Source of the DNA: Candidatus Latescibacterota bacterium
GTDB taxonomy: Bacteria > Latescibacterota > UBA2968
Assembly: GCA_965204375.1 (NCBI GenBank)
Contig: OZ241986.1
Span: forward strand, 2,016,001-2,080,000
Length of the DNA: 64,000 nucleotides
Reading direction: 5' to 3'
Shown here: one piece after another, positions 8,948 through 19,403 of the stretch
Numbering within the stretch: position 1 is the stretch's first letter
Layout: every line of letters starts with the position of its first letter
Translations under genes and position numbers: made by a program
Notes under the pieces: model-generated
Databases searched by the model: none
What the model saw: the letters and a program-made list of their open reading frames with translations, nothing else
What the model was told of the DNA's origin: nothing

Positions 8948-11198
8948 TGTTCTTTAGAAAACATCAACGCGATCGTACGCGTCAGACAAGACAACAGTGG
9001 AAACAGCGGGGCAAGCAAGCCTTCCGCATTGTGTTAATGCTCGCCCTCTTAGGCGTACTAACCGTCTTATTTCCCACGCAACGGCAGTACGAGTACAGTG
9101 CCTTCCGCGAAGGCGCGATTGCGCCAGATGAAGTCATTGCATCCGAATCATTCTCCGTGTACAAAAGCGAAGAGGTATACCAGGATGAAGTCGCAGAAGC
9201 TCGCCGCCAGATTTTGCCAATTTTGCGCTATGATAGCACGGTGCAGCAAAGCAAACTGAATGCATATAAAACATTTTTAAACGACTTAAAAAAACACACT
9301 GGCTCCAGGGTAAGCGAATCGCTCTCACAAGAGCTACGGCTTTCACACCCGGAGATTAGCCCCTGTCGGAATCCACCCTGAAATATCTCGTACCCGTATC
9401 TCGAAGGCGATCAGCCAGCCGCAGTACATTGACCACCGCAGTCGAGAAAATTCTTCAAAGCACCTACCAGAACGGGATTATTGACCGGGAAATAAATACC
9501 GTCGAAGAGGGGTACGCAGAGGTTATACTACTTAATAATGGCTCAGAACGCCAAATTAGCCTTGAAGAACTGGTCGATATAGAAAATTTCACCTCGGGAC
9601 TCCAACAAACCATAGAACAACAATTGCCAAAAGCAAGTTCTATGGAAATGAGAGCGGGCAGTGAACTGATCCTGGCCTACCTATCCCCCAACATTGCCTA
9701 TGACGCTACCGAAACGCAGAGGCGAAGAGATGAGGCAGCCAGCAATGTCTCACGTACCAAACCAGGAACAGTCCTCCAAGGCGAGCGCATTATTGACAAA
9801 CACGACCGCGTAACATCTGACGACATAGATAAACTCAGGTCACTGGCCGAACGTATCAATCAACGCCGCCAGCAAGACCCATTCATCGATCTCATTCAGC
9901 GAGGAGCTGGGCTATCACTTTGCGCGTTGACCCTGATAATATTTTTTGCTTTTCTAAAATTTTATCGTCCTGACCTCTATCGCCCGTCCAAAAACATCGT
10001 ACTGTTTGGTATCATTATTTTAATCCCTACTGCCGTGGCTGATTACGCCGCCCAAACCCAGGCCATATCGCCTTTTCTCATCCCCGTCGCACTATCTGCA
10101 ATGCTGGCAACCGTGCTCTTTGATGCCGTCGTCGGCATGGTGATCACCCTTGTCGTTACAACGCTTTGCGCCAGCATTCTCGGCGAACTCCAATACGGGA
10201 TCATCTTTCTCACCACAGGCATTATTGGCGCATTTTCTGTACATCAGGTGCGCCATCGCAGAGATTTTTACCGTCCTGGTCTGTATCTGATTATCGCTTA
10301 TGCTCTGACAATTACCTCTACGGTCGGACTACTTTTTTCTTATGCCAACACCACCGAGTTTCTCACGGAAATACGCGAGGATTTATTCTGGGGCATTGTG
10401 GCTGCCTGCGGCTCCTTAATCCTCACCATTGGATTACTGCCCGTATTCGAAAGTGTTTTTAATGTCGTAACATCAATGACATTGCTCGAATTGGCGGACT
10501 TAAATCGCCCGCTGATGCGCAATTTGGCCCTTCGCGCTCCTGGCACTTTTAGTCACAGCATAAACATGGCCAATCTCTCGGAAGAAGCCGCGGTCGCAAT
10601 AGGCGCAGACCCCTTGCTCGCACGCGTTGGATGTTATTACCATGATATTGGGAAAATGAGACGCCCGCACTATTTTATAGAAAATCAGCATGGTGTGAAT
10701 CCCCACGATGAGTTGCAACCTCAAATAAGTGCCCTGATTCTCATTTCTCATGTCAGGGACGGAATCGAACTGGCAAAAGAAGAAGGACTCCCTCTGGCAA
10801 TTATTGATCTCATCCCACAGCACCATGGGACTTCGGAAATGACTTCGTTTAAACATCAGGCGCAACTCATAGACGAGCAAGCAGTCCGCGATGCCGACTT
10901 CCTCTATCCTGGTCCCAAACCCCAGACCAAAGAAGCGGGTATTATTAATCTCGCAGACGCTGTTGAATCTGCGACGCGGTCCTTGCCCAACAACGAGCCA
11001 GACGAAATTAAAAAGCTCGTCCAAACAATTGTCAAAGGTCGTTATGATGCTGGGGAATTGGATGAATGCGATCTTACATTGCGCGACCTGACCAGAATCC
11101 AGGAAGCTTTTTTACCCGTCTTACAGGCTTCGCACCACCCTCGAATACCCTATCCTTGGCAAGTGCCACAACAAGAACGCCAGGCCGCGAGCAGATGA
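8944..11198 (+). pseudogene. 7TM-HD (HDIG) phosphohydrolase, PgpH-like c-di-AMP phosphodiesterase, split by a one-base frameshift at about 9360
   Basis: ORF 8944-9381 and ORF 9429-11198 join in frame if one C is added to the C4 run at 9360-9363; the C-terminal part has multiple TM helices, APGTFSHS, YYHDIGK, QHHGT and LADAVE; phoH-HD-ybeY synteny. Confidence 0.8.
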
Positions 11199-11620
11199 AT
11201 ACACTGGAAATTACAACTTTGGTCAATGTGTGCGGTCTGAATATCCCTCGCTTAGAAGCTGTAGTAAAACAACTTCTTTCAGACAACGAGGTGTGTCTTC
11301 CCATTTCGTGCGTTCTAACCCATGACGCCCATATCCGGCAACTCAACAAAAAATATCGAAATATAGACAAAACAACCGACGTTCTTTCATTTGAGCTTTC
11401 CGACGCGATCCATCCAGAAGCGCATTATTGTGGAGAGATATACATTTCAGTAGATCGCGCACGACAGCAAGCAAAAGCGCATAACCGGTCCCTACAGGCA
11501 GAAATAACCCACTTGACAGTACACGGAACCCTGCATTTGCTGGGATTTGAACACGATACCCCCGAGGGGTACACGCAAATGCAAAACGAAGAAAAAAAAT
11601 ACCTGACTCTGATAGGATAG
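11195..11620 (+). CDS. ybeY: rRNA maturation endoribonuclease YbeY
   Basis: LNKKYRNIDKTTDVLSF and HGTLHLLGFEH motifs; ATGA overlap with the upstream stop. Confidence 0.95.
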   Translation: MNTLEITTLVNVCGLNIPRLEAVVKQLLSDNEVCLPISCVLTHDAHIRQLNKKYRNIDKTTDVLSFELSDAIHPEAHYCGEIYISVDRARQQAKAHNRSLQAEITHLTVHGTLHLLGFEHDTPEGYTQMQNEEKKYLTLIG

Positions 11621-11655
11621 CCCTTGCTACAAACAATTATTCCCGCGAAAGGAGC

Positions 11656-12972
11656 GTGATTTTTTTGGACGATCCTTGGCCAGCAATCTTTATAACCATC
11701 GCTTCTATTGTCCTGACAGCCGCTTTCTCCAGGCTCGGCTCAATTGTTGTCTCGCGCACAACCCTCGAACGCCTGCACGAAGAAAAAATAGGACGCGCAG
11801 GACTCTACCTCTGGCTCTATCGCTCCCGCGATTTTGTCTCACTAATGGTCTTGCTCGGGCAGACAATCGCCATATCCATAGGTGCGCTGGCACTGCTATC
11901 CATTCTTTTTCAGATGATCAAACCGGGATTCTGGCTGTATCCCGTCGCAGCATTGCTCATCTCACTTTATGTATTTATCGCCCTGATCGTTCGCAGCATT
12001 GTCCCCCCCTATCGGAGGGAAGAGGGATCAGACCGTCCATTACCCTTTTTGCCGTTATGTTTTTTGCCCTTTTACTTTATTCTTGTCCTTCCCACACTGC
12101 TGTTGCAAAAAGCGCAAACTGTCTTCTTGAGTGAAGACGATAGCAGAGCACTAAAAGAAGAAGAATTGCGAAGTATCGTCGAATCGGAAACAGAAGAAGG
12201 CACAATCGAGACAGAAGAAAGAGAAATGATTGAGGGCATCTTTGAATTTGATGAAACAACGGTCAAAGAGGTGATGATCCCGCGCATAGATATAATTTCT
12301 GCCGAGGTAACGGCCACGCCCAAAGAGCTTCTCGAACTAATCCAACAATCCGGGCACTCGCGAATTCCCATCTATGAAGAACGAATCGACAACATCAAAG
12401 GCGTCGTCTATGTCAAAGATATTTTGCTCAATCTGGCGACCAATCAGCCGTGGTCTATTCCAGAGATCATGCGTACGCCATACTTTGTGCCGGAAAATAA
12501 GACACTCGCCGAGTTAATGGCCGAATTTAAGCGCGAAAAAGTACACATGGCGATTGTTGTCGGGGAATATGGCGGCACATCTGGCCTCATTACAATGGAA
12601 GATATTATCGAAGAAATTGTCGGTGAAATTCAAGATGAACACGACGATGAAGAACCGCTTTTTGAATGGCGCGAAAAGGGCAAGATACTCGTCGCAGATG
12701 CGCGCATTGATATCGAAGACCTCAATATCGTACTCAACGTCGAACTGCCACAAGACGGTTACGAAACGCTCGGTGGATTTATATTCAACGTGCTTGGACA
12801 CGTACCTCAGATAGATGAAAATTTAGAACACGAAAATCTACTCATTGAAATCCTCGAAGTCGTAGGACAACGCATTACACAGGTAAAAATTACCAAACGC
12901 GGAGAGCCTTCACAGGGCGAGCCAAAACGCGGTGGAGAGATACAAATGCAAAACGACAAACCGCAGAAATAG
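11656..12972 (+). CDS. Hemolysin/CNNM family protein with CBS pair and CorC-HlyC domain
   Basis: N-terminal TM segments; VKEVMIPR, GHSRIPIY, EYGGTSGLITMEDIIEEIVGEI and YETLGGF motifs. Confidence 0.92.
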   Translation: MIFLDDPWPAIFITIASIVLTAAFSRLGSIVVSRTTLERLHEEKIGRAGLYLWLYRSRDFVSLMVLLGQTIAISIGALALLSILFQMIKPGFWLYPVAALLISLYVFIALIVRSIVPPYRREEGSDRPLPFLPLCFLPFYFILVLPTLLLQKAQTVFLSEDDSRALKEEELRSIVESETEEGTIETEEREMIEGIFEFDETTVKEVMIPRIDIISAEVTATPKELLELIQQSGHSRIPIYEERIDNIKGVVYVKDILLNLATNQPWSIPEIMRTPYFVPENKTLAELMAEFKREKVHMAIVVGEYGGTSGLITMEDIIEEIVGEIQDEHDDEEPLFEWREKGKILVADARIDIEDLNIVLNVELPQDGYETLGGFIFNVLGHVPQIDENLEHENLLIEILEVVGQRITQVKITKRGEPSQGEPKRGGEIQMQNDKPQK

Positions 12973-13027
12973 CTTGACAATAACCCCAAAATCCCGTTCT
13001 TTTTTAGTGCTTATCTGGACATAAGGT

Positions 13028-13104
<77 letters not shown>

Positions 13105-13111
13105 AAAAAAT

Positions 13112-13141
13112 AAGGGAACCGATATTTTTGGTTCCCTTTTA
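13112..13141 (+). terminator. Terminator after tRNA-fMet
   Basis: AAGGGAACC/GGTTCCCTT stem followed by a T tract. Confidence 0.75.
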
Positions 13142-13170
13142 TTATTTTAAGCGATCTGTGTAAAACGCTC

Positions 13171-13210
13171 AAATGAACTGGCCTGATAGGCGGCTAGTTG
13201 TACACCGCTC
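13171..13210. repeat. REP-like hairpin element (TACAACT-stem-AGTTCAT family), copy 1
   Basis: Reverse strand reads GAGCGGTGTACAACTAGCC..GGCCAGTTCAT; related copies at 28068 and 28141. Confidence 0.5.
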
Positions 13211-13221
13211 ACTCGCGTTTT

Positions 13222-13253
13222 TTCTGCGTACATCTGCGTACATCTGCGGATAC
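13222..13253 (+). repeat. Short tandem 10-bp repeat (ATCTGCGTnn)n-ATCTGCGGAT, copy A
   Basis: TTCTGCGTACATCTGCGTACATCTGCGGATAC. Confidence 0.8.
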
Positions 13254-13255
13254 TT

Positions 13256-13633
13256 TCAACCATCGAGCAAGGACCGAAACGCAGCTTTGAAATTGTGTGG
13301 TGCGCTCCGCCAGAGTTGAATCCCCTCAATAATATCATCGGTCTCTGATTTAAATATCGGTTGCAATGCTTTCCTCAGTTCGGCGATCTGTATTGTTTCC
13401 CGGCCGGTTTTTTGATCCGTCAACAAATCTTCGACACTTCTGCCCAACACATCTGCAATTTTTGCCAACACGGGAATTGACCCACGCTGCTTGCCCTTTC
13501 GGATATCGCTGAAATAGGGCGCACTAATCCCAACCATTTTGGCAATTTCCTGGCCCTGTAAACCCGATTCGCGTTGCCAGCGCTGAATCTTCTCACCTGC
13601 TATTTGCTTATCGTAAAGCTCTCGCCTTGTCAT
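13256..13633 (-). CDS. XRE-family HTH transcriptional regulator
   Basis: GLQGQEIAKMVGISAPYFSDIRKGKQ HTH_3 pattern; ATGA coupling to the methyltransferase; RBS AAGGAG. Confidence 0.88.
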   Translation of the reverse strand: MTRRELYDKQIAGEKIQRWQRESGLQGQEIAKMVGISAPYFSDIRKGKQRGSIPVLAKIADVLGRSVEDLLTDQKTGRETIQIAELRKALQPIFKSETDDIIEGIQLWRSAPHNFKAAFRSLLDG

Positions 13634-14391
13634 GTATACACTCCTTTTTTCAAGTGAGAATGCTTCTCCACCTCGACCAACCACGCAATGTCGTTCAGGT
13701 CGTGAAACGCTATATCCTCTGCCCTAATGCCACACGCACCGAGATTGGACGCGATGCTATCTTCCGTCCACCTTGCAGACCAAAAACCTTCGGCAGTCGC
13801 CACAAATCGCGATCCCAGAGGCGTCACAACGCGCTGCCCTGTATGCACGTAGAAATCGACTTGCGCGGCCTCAGTTTTCGGCACATCCTTATACATAGTG
13901 AAAAATGCGGAACCGCCGATTTTCAGAGCGCGATAAAAACGAGAAATCGTCCGGATAAACCGCGGATTGCGGTCGAGATAGGCATCGGTGTACAGGCTGA
14001 GATCATCGGACTTATCCCTGATATTGCCCGGGGTGAAATACAAGCAGAAAACGAGATCGTAAAACGCTTCCTCAACCACTGCCTCTGCGGCATCGCCTAT
14101 AAATATCTGTGCGTTGTCAATGCATTCTTTTTTCCACAGCGCGCGTGCGTCTTCAGCCATTTCGGGCGATATTTCAAAGCCGTGATACAAAAGACAGTGC
14201 GGCGCGAATAGAACGGCGTGATAGCCATTGCCACACCCAATATCCGCAATTTTGTATGGGCCATGCCGAAGCCTCTCGCTGAGCATCTTGTCTTGCCTCT
14301 GCCGAGCCTGCCTGATCGGTTCGGGACAATAGGACGACTCAAGCGCGCGCTTGACGGCTTCATTTTCGGATTCCAGCGATATATTGCTCAC
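13630..14391 (-). CDS. Class I SAM-dependent methyltransferase
   Basis: Motif I KIADIGCGNG, GFEIS, IGDA and YDLVFC. Confidence 0.88.
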   Translation of the reverse strand: MSNISLESENEAVKRALESSYCPEPIRQARQRQDKMLSERLRHGPYKIADIGCGNGYHAVLFAPHCLLYHGFEISPEMAEDARALWKKECIDNAQIFIGDAAEAVVEEAFYDLVFCLYFTPGNIRDKSDDLSLYTDAYLDRNPRFIRTISRFYRALKIGGSAFFTMYKDVPKTEAAQVDFYVHTGQRVVTPLGSRFVATAEGFWSARWTEDSIASNLGACGIRAEDIAFHDLNDIAWLVEVEKHSHLKKGVYT

Positions 14392-14682
14392 GTATTTCCT
14401 TTTTTGGTTTTGTTCAGGTGATTAAATTATTCATGCAGAAATCTATTATGCGGGTCAAGTTGTAAATATCGACTATTTATATATCTCCATCTCATAACTG
14501 TATCAATTTTACAACACATGTGCGAAAAAGGCACATATTTTATTTTCTCTTTCAAATGTCACAGTATGATACAAATAATATAAAAACAGGAATTTATATT
14601 ATTTTTTCTAAAAAGCAATTTGCGGCACAAATTTTGCTTATACAATAATCCAGCCGGGGTCACACATTTCCAGGAGGTTACC

Positions 14683-15597
14683 ATGTCATATATCCGACTG
14701 TTTTTGCTCGCCGCTCTCGTCTGCTTGCCCGTCACTGCATCATCTGCACCGCACACTGAATCCCCGCTCAAAAAATCCAAAGCCCAATTATCAGGTTCAA
14801 TAACCAATGGTGTCATTGACACCAACTCCAACGGAAAAATAATTATCTACATCCCCGAAGGCACTATTTCGCTTCCGACTGATTCGCTCTCCACAGCACC
14901 CAAAGGACCATCCGGCCCCTATGCCCCTTGCATTATCGGTGGTCCGGGGCAATCAGTTTTTAGTAATCCAGCCAGACTATCGCCCGTATATACACCGCTT
15001 CCAGACCCGATGGAATTGCTCAATCACATCGGAATTTTCTTTTCAACAGCCAGTGGCGGATTTGGCTCTCGCATCAATTACGATCATAAAGTATCCCCAA
15101 ACACGCGCTTTACCGCCAGTCCAGAATTTCTCACCTATAGCTTGTCCAGAGCCAGCACTATTCTGGGGGATCTTATGCCCTCAGGCACAACGCGGATTAC
15201 CTTGATCACCATACCCATCGGTCTCCAACGCCACTTTGCGCCCAAATCGCGCGCCAATCCCCATATTGGATTTGGATTTGGTCCCATCATCCGGCTGGAT
15301 CACCGCTCACATCGACTGGGGTACTACGGGAATAATTTGGGTTTAGACAGAATAGTTCGCAATAGACATAACAGCCTCAACCTTACGGTACCTCTTACCC
15401 TCGATGATTTCCCAAATACCTCCTTGACCCTGGGCGGCCATCTCGCTTCTGGTCTGAATATCCATTTCGGCGCGAAAAAAAATCTCGCCCTCACCATTGA
15501 AGGCCGCTACACCCTGGCTCGATTCATCGACGCGATGGGTTCACCCGGCGATTTTAGTGGTCTCTCTCTTGCTATAGGATTTGGAAAAGCGTTTTAA
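14683..15597 (+). CDS. Secreted or outer-membrane beta-barrel-like protein
   Basis: Signal peptide, amphipathic beta strands (IPIGLQRHF, PHIGFGFG, LTIEGRY), terminal Phe; RBS CAGGAGG. Confidence 0.65.
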   Translation: MSYIRLFLLAALVCLPVTASSAPHTESPLKKSKAQLSGSITNGVIDTNSNGKIIIYIPEGTISLPTDSLSTAPKGPSGPYAPCIIGGPGQSVFSNPARLSPVYTPLPDPMELLNHIGIFFSTASGGFGSRINYDHKVSPNTRFTASPEFLTYSLSRASTILGDLMPSGTTRITLITIPIGLQRHFAPKSRANPHIGFGFGPIIRLDHRSHRLGYYGNNLGLDRIVRNRHNSLNLTVPLTLDDFPNTSLTLGGHLASGLNIHFGAKKNLALTIEGRYTLARFIDAMGSPGDFSGLSLAIGFGKAF

Positions 15598-15621
15598 AAA
15601 CCACCACATAAAATCAAAAAT

Positions 15622-15656
15622 GGGACGCATCGGGTAAATGATGGGTCCCTTTTTTT
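15622..15656 (+). terminator. Rho-independent terminator
   Basis: GGGACGCATC/GATGGGTCCC stem followed by T7. Confidence 0.7.
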
Positions 15657-15696
15657 AAAACGCCATTGATTTTAAAACATATCTACAATTCCCTTC

Positions 15697-15726
15697 TTGA
15701 CAGTACTCTATATTTAGTGCTATAAT
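15697..15726 (+). promoter_or_regulatory. Consensus sigma70 promoter of nrdR
   Basis: TTGACA - 18 bp - TATAAT with an extended -10 TG. Confidence 0.75.
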
Positions 15727-15775
15727 TTGGACAACACACAATATCATGTTGATTTTAAGAAAGGAATCCTATCTT

Positions 15776-16228
15776 ATGAAATGTCCTTATTGTGGCGTGA
15801 TCGAAGACAAGGTGGTCGATTCCAGATCGAGTAAAGAAGGCACCGCCATTCGACGACGCCGAGAATGCCTGGGGTGTGAACGTCGATTTACGACCTACGA
15901 ATACATCGAAGACACCCCTCTCACCGTTATCAAATCCGATGGCCGGCGCGAAATCTTTGACAAAAACAAACTCATAGACAAAATCCGACTCTCCTGCACC
16001 AAACGTCCGATCTCAACAACTCAGATCGAAGAAATCGCCGACCGAATCGAAGATCAACTCGTAAGCAGAGGCGAACGCGAAATAGAAGCCAAACAGCACA
16101 TTGGCGAACTTGTCATGACAGAACTCAAACGCCTCGACGATGTCGCCTACGTGCGTTTTGCCTCTGTGTACCGCCAATTCAAAGACCTCAGCGATTTTGA
16201 AAAAGAACTGCGGCAATTTGAAAGGTGA
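15776..16228 (+). CDS. nrdR: Transcriptional repressor NrdR
   Basis: MKCPYC..KVVDSR..IRRRREC..C..RFTTYE zinc ribbon; ATP cone; [13 protein letters not shown]. Confidence 0.98.
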   Translation: MKCPYCGVIEDKVVDSRSSKEGTAIRRRRECLGCERRFTTYEYIEDTPLTVIKSDGRREIFDKNKLIDKIRLSCTKRPISTTQIEEIADRIEDQLVSRGEREIEAKQHIGELVMTELKRLDDVAYVRFASVYRQFKDLSDFEKELRQFER

Positions 16229-16248
16229 GATGTAAAAGAGCCCGTTCA

Positions 16249-16854
16249 TCATTCACCCGCTTTTACTTCCCTTTCCAAAAACTTTGCTTTCCCATCATGA
16301 CAAGTCTGGCACGTTGCGGGCTTGCCCGTTTTAATATCCAATAAGCGATCCGTAAACTTCTCCATCATCATGCGTGCAACAACCTTATTGGACGTAGGCG
16401 TAACCGGATCGAGCCGGCCATCGCGCCTTCTCACATGGCAATAGTCGCATGCCTTTACACCCAATGCTTTCTGCATTTCTTTCATCATCGCCACAATTTC
16501 TCCACGCGACATGCCCGCCAACCGCGAAGGCTTAGCTGCACTCGTATCGCGCGCCACAAACCGCGCCGTACCCGTGTGGCAAAAAGCACAATCAATTGAT
16601 TTTCCCGCTGTTGTAACCAGACCATCCACAAAATGATGCTTCATATAAAGTGCTGTTTTCTTCAACGGAGATGGTGCTTTGTAATCGCGTTCACCTGCCT
16701 CATTCACAGACGGATGGCAATACTCGCATTTTACCCCCAGAGCTTTAGAAATCGCCTCCATACCCTCCTCGCTCGTATCCAGAACGTGGTGATCATCCGC
16801 GTGTATATCGGTCCAAAGCAATATAACTGCACAGCAAAAAACAAAGCGTCTCAC
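16249..16854 (-). CDS. Secreted tetraheme cytochrome c (two di-heme repeats, PufC-like module)
   Basis: Signal peptide; CEYCH, CAFCH, CDYCH and CQTCH; repeated MxxxxKALGVK-CxxCH. Confidence 0.85.
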   Translation of the reverse strand: MRRFVFCCAVILLWTDIHADDHHVLDTSEEGMEAISKALGVKCEYCHPSVNEAGERDYKAPSPLKKTALYMKHHFVDGLVTTAGKSIDCAFCHTGTARFVARDTSAAKPSRLAGMSRGEIVAMMKEMQKALGVKACDYCHVRRRDGRLDPVTPTSNKVVARMMMEKFTDRLLDIKTGKPATCQTCHDGKAKFLEREVKAGE

Positions 16855-18209
16855 AAAGCCCCTCTCACGACTCGACCATCCACTCCATCAGGGCTTTCCA
16901 GCCCCAACAGAGCCATCATCGTAGGCAAAATATCCATCACCGTCGCGTCATCAGACGCCAAACCAGGCGCATTGGCAAACCACAGCGCATCATCGAAGGT
17001 ATGTGTGCCATTCACCGGGCTGGATTCAAACAAAACGCGCTTTTCAAAACTGCCCTTCAAATCGTATCCCTGCGCAGGCACTGCCATAAGATCGGGTGCC
17101 GCATCGAGGTCGTCACCAACAAATGCCTCTTCGCGCATCAACACGCGATCAATAACTGCTGTCCCACCATCGGGATCGCGAATTTCCATCAGCGCATCTG
17201 CCACATCTCGCCGAACCTGCTCGTATTCAGCACCTGCCTGCACGCACCCCTCGCGCTCTCTGCCCTTTAGATTCACGTAAAATCGCCCGGGCAACAATGA
17301 ATAACACCGCGTTCGGGGATCCAGGTCTCTCAACTGCTTTGGTTCAGGCGATGCAAAAGACAACAGCCCCATCTGTTGCAGCCAAAAATTCAAATGCACC
17401 TCGCGCTCTAAAGTACAAAAACCGTGATCCGACACAATCATGAGCAACGTATTGCTGTATAACCGCGAAACCAGTTCCCCAATGATTTCATCTACACGTG
17501 CGTAAAACCGATTAAACCATGTGGTGTACGACACATCTCCTCGTTCCACATCGCCCCAGAGAAAGTGGTGCAACCGGTCGGTATCCATAAAATGCGCTAC
17601 AAATAAATCCCATGATTCCTGGGCGTAATACTTGAACATAGCCTCTGCACGTCGGTCGAGTGCCCAGAAGATCTCGTCGAGAAATTTCTGACGATTTTCC
17701 CGCGCTTGCCAAGCGTCAATATCGATCAAATACCCCATGGATTCCAGTTCAGAAGCTATCGCAGGCGGATAGGTTGCCCGCTTCAAATCGGGTGACAGAA
17801 AGCCCGAAATCAAGATACCATTGACTTTTCGTGGGGGAAAAGTAGTGGGCACACCCATAGAAAAAACTCGCTGTCCCATAGTGCTAAACAGATCAACCCA
17901 CGTCCTGCTTCGCAACGTTCTCGAAGATGGAATAAACATCTCATACGTTTGGGGGACACGGTCAATAAATCCAAAAATCCCGTGCTTGCCGGGGTTGCAA
18001 CCCGTCGCAATTGATGCCCATGCAGTTGACGATACCGTAGGCAACACCGACGTCATAGACATCAGAGACCCATGAACGATCAACTGCTGAAAATTGGGCA
18101 TAATCCCCTCGGCAATCAAACGTTGCAACAGGCTATGTGGCATGCCATCCAGACCCAGAACAACGACGCGACTAAATTTGGCTCTATTTCGCCGAAAAAA
18201 ATTAAGCAT
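16851..18209 (-). CDS. Alkaline phosphatase superfamily phosphodiesterase / nucleotide pyrophosphatase
   Basis: VVVLGLDG, PTVSSTAW, NPGKHGIFGF, DRLHHF, VSDHGF and NGTH motifs. Confidence 0.9.
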   Translation of the reverse strand: MLNFFRRNRAKFSRVVVLGLDGMPHSLLQRLIAEGIMPNFQQLIVHGSLMSMTSVLPTVSSTAWASIATGCNPGKHGIFGFIDRVPQTYEMFIPSSRTLRSRTWVDLFSTMGQRVFSMGVPTTFPPRKVNGILISGFLSPDLKRATYPPAIASELESMGYLIDIDAWQARENRQKFLDEIFWALDRRAEAMFKYYAQESWDLFVAHFMDTDRLHHFLWGDVERGDVSYTTWFNRFYARVDEIIGELVSRLYSNTLLMIVSDHGFCTLEREVHLNFWLQQMGLLSFASPEPKQLRDLDPRTRCYSLLPGRFYVNLKGREREGCVQAGAEYEQVRRDVADALMEIRDPDGGTAVIDRVLMREEAFVGDDLDAAPDLMAVPAQGYDLKGSFEKRVLFESSPVNGTHTFDDALWFANAPGLASDDATVMDILPTMMALLGLESPDGVDGRVVRGAL

Positions 18210-18285
18210 CTATCTACCTTAAAATAAAACAGGGCTTTTAACCCCTTGTATATAGAAGCTAAAAGCCCAAGACATAGTAAAAATA

Positions 18286-18363
18286 TGGGGTGAGTGAGGG
18301 GATTTGAACCCCCGACCTCCTGGGCCACAACCAGGCGCTCTGACCGACTGAGCTACACCCACC
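18286..18363 (-). tRNA. tRNA-His (GTG)
   Basis: Reverse strand GGTGGGTGTAGCTCAG..CCTGGTTGTGGCCCAGG..GGTTCAAATCC..CACTCACCCCA with G-1 and an encoded CCA. Confidence 0.96.
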
Positions 18364-18378
18364 ACACAAAACGCAAAA

Positions 18379-18452
18379 CACTCCCGGCAGGGCTCGAACC
18401 TGCGACCTACTGCTTAGAAGGCAGTTGCTCTATCCAGCTGAGCTACGGGAGC
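18379..18452 (-). tRNA. tRNA-Arg (TCT)
   Basis: Reverse strand GCTCCCGTAGCTCAGCTGGATAGAGC ACTGC-CTTCTAA-GCAGT ..GGTTCGAGCCC..CGGGAGTG; CCA not encoded. Confidence 0.94.
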
Positions 18453-18766
18453 AAAAGACCCCGCCCTTGAGGATTCTTCAAGGGTTAAGCGAATACCAGA
18501 CACATCCTATTTGAGAGCAAAATTATCATATTAATCAAAAAGTGTCAAGCAAAAGTAATGTCTCCTGCTCCTCCCCCTGTCTAAACCGCAATCCCTGATC
18601 TGTCTTCGAAGATCCCTCGCAAGGCGGCAGACCCAGGCGATACGTGGCAGATTTTACACTTCATTTTGCGCCAAATTCCAGTTTTTTTTTGAACTTGACA
18701 ACCATTCTTTCCCTGATGATATTTTCTTAATACCCGATTCTTCATCCCGAGATTACTGGTCCGCAC

Positions 18767-19396
18767 ATGCCCAGAAAACGACTCACACAGGCCGAACGGC
18801 GCACCCAAATTATCGAAGTGGCAATGACGCTTTTCGCCACCAAGGGATTTACCGGTACCACCACGCGTGCCATTGCCCGTGCGGCAGATGTTTCGGAAGC
18901 CATTATCTTCAGGCATTTTGCGACCAAAGAAGACCTCTACAATGCCATTATCACATACACGGTTGAAAAACGCTCAGAACAGTGGGATCAAGACACAATC
19001 CCTCCGCCAGACCCGTGCAACATCGAACACCTCTTGCGCGATTTTGCCCAGACATTTGTCAATCGCAATCGCAGAGATCCGATATTCATACGCCTGATGA
19101 TGTACAGCGCACTCGAAGATCACAAATTTCGAGAAAAATTTTTCGCAATTTACAGCAATCCCCACATGCGATCCATTCGCCAGGCCATTCAAACCGGTGT
19201 CGATCAGAGCCTGTTTTGCGCGGTTGACCCGGCTGCATCGCTTCGCTCTTTCTTCTTTGCACTCCTGCAATACTGCATCAGCCGTTTTGTTGCCAGAAAT
19301 GAAACCGATACGCCAGAACGCGATGACGACACCATGATTGAAAATCTCGTGACAATTTTTGTGCGCGGACTGCGAATAGATAATCACAAAAGCTAA
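18767..19396 (+). CDS. TetR/AcrR family regulator
   Basis: LFATKGFTGTTTRAIARAADVSEAIIFRHFATKEDL. Confidence 0.95.
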   Translation: MPRKRLTQAERRTQIIEVAMTLFATKGFTGTTTRAIARAADVSEAIIFRHFATKEDLYNAIITYTVEKRSEQWDQDTIPPPDPCNIEHLLRDFAQTFVNRNRRDPIFIRLMMYSALEDHKFREKFFAIYSNPHMRSIRQAIQTGVDQSLFCAVDPAASLRSFFFALLQYCISRFVARNETDTPERDDDTMIENLVTIFVRGLRIDNHKS

Positions 19397-19403
19397 TCCT
19401 CTC

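Noticed and set aside
9340-9400. Programmed ribosomal frameshift or phase-variable tract in the HD gene
   Set aside because: Only a C4 run; no slippery heptamer or long homopolymer.
18379-18452. tRNA-Arg lacking an encoded CCA as a pseudo-tRNA
   Set aside because: The cloverleaf is intact and post-transcriptional CCA addition is common in bacteria.
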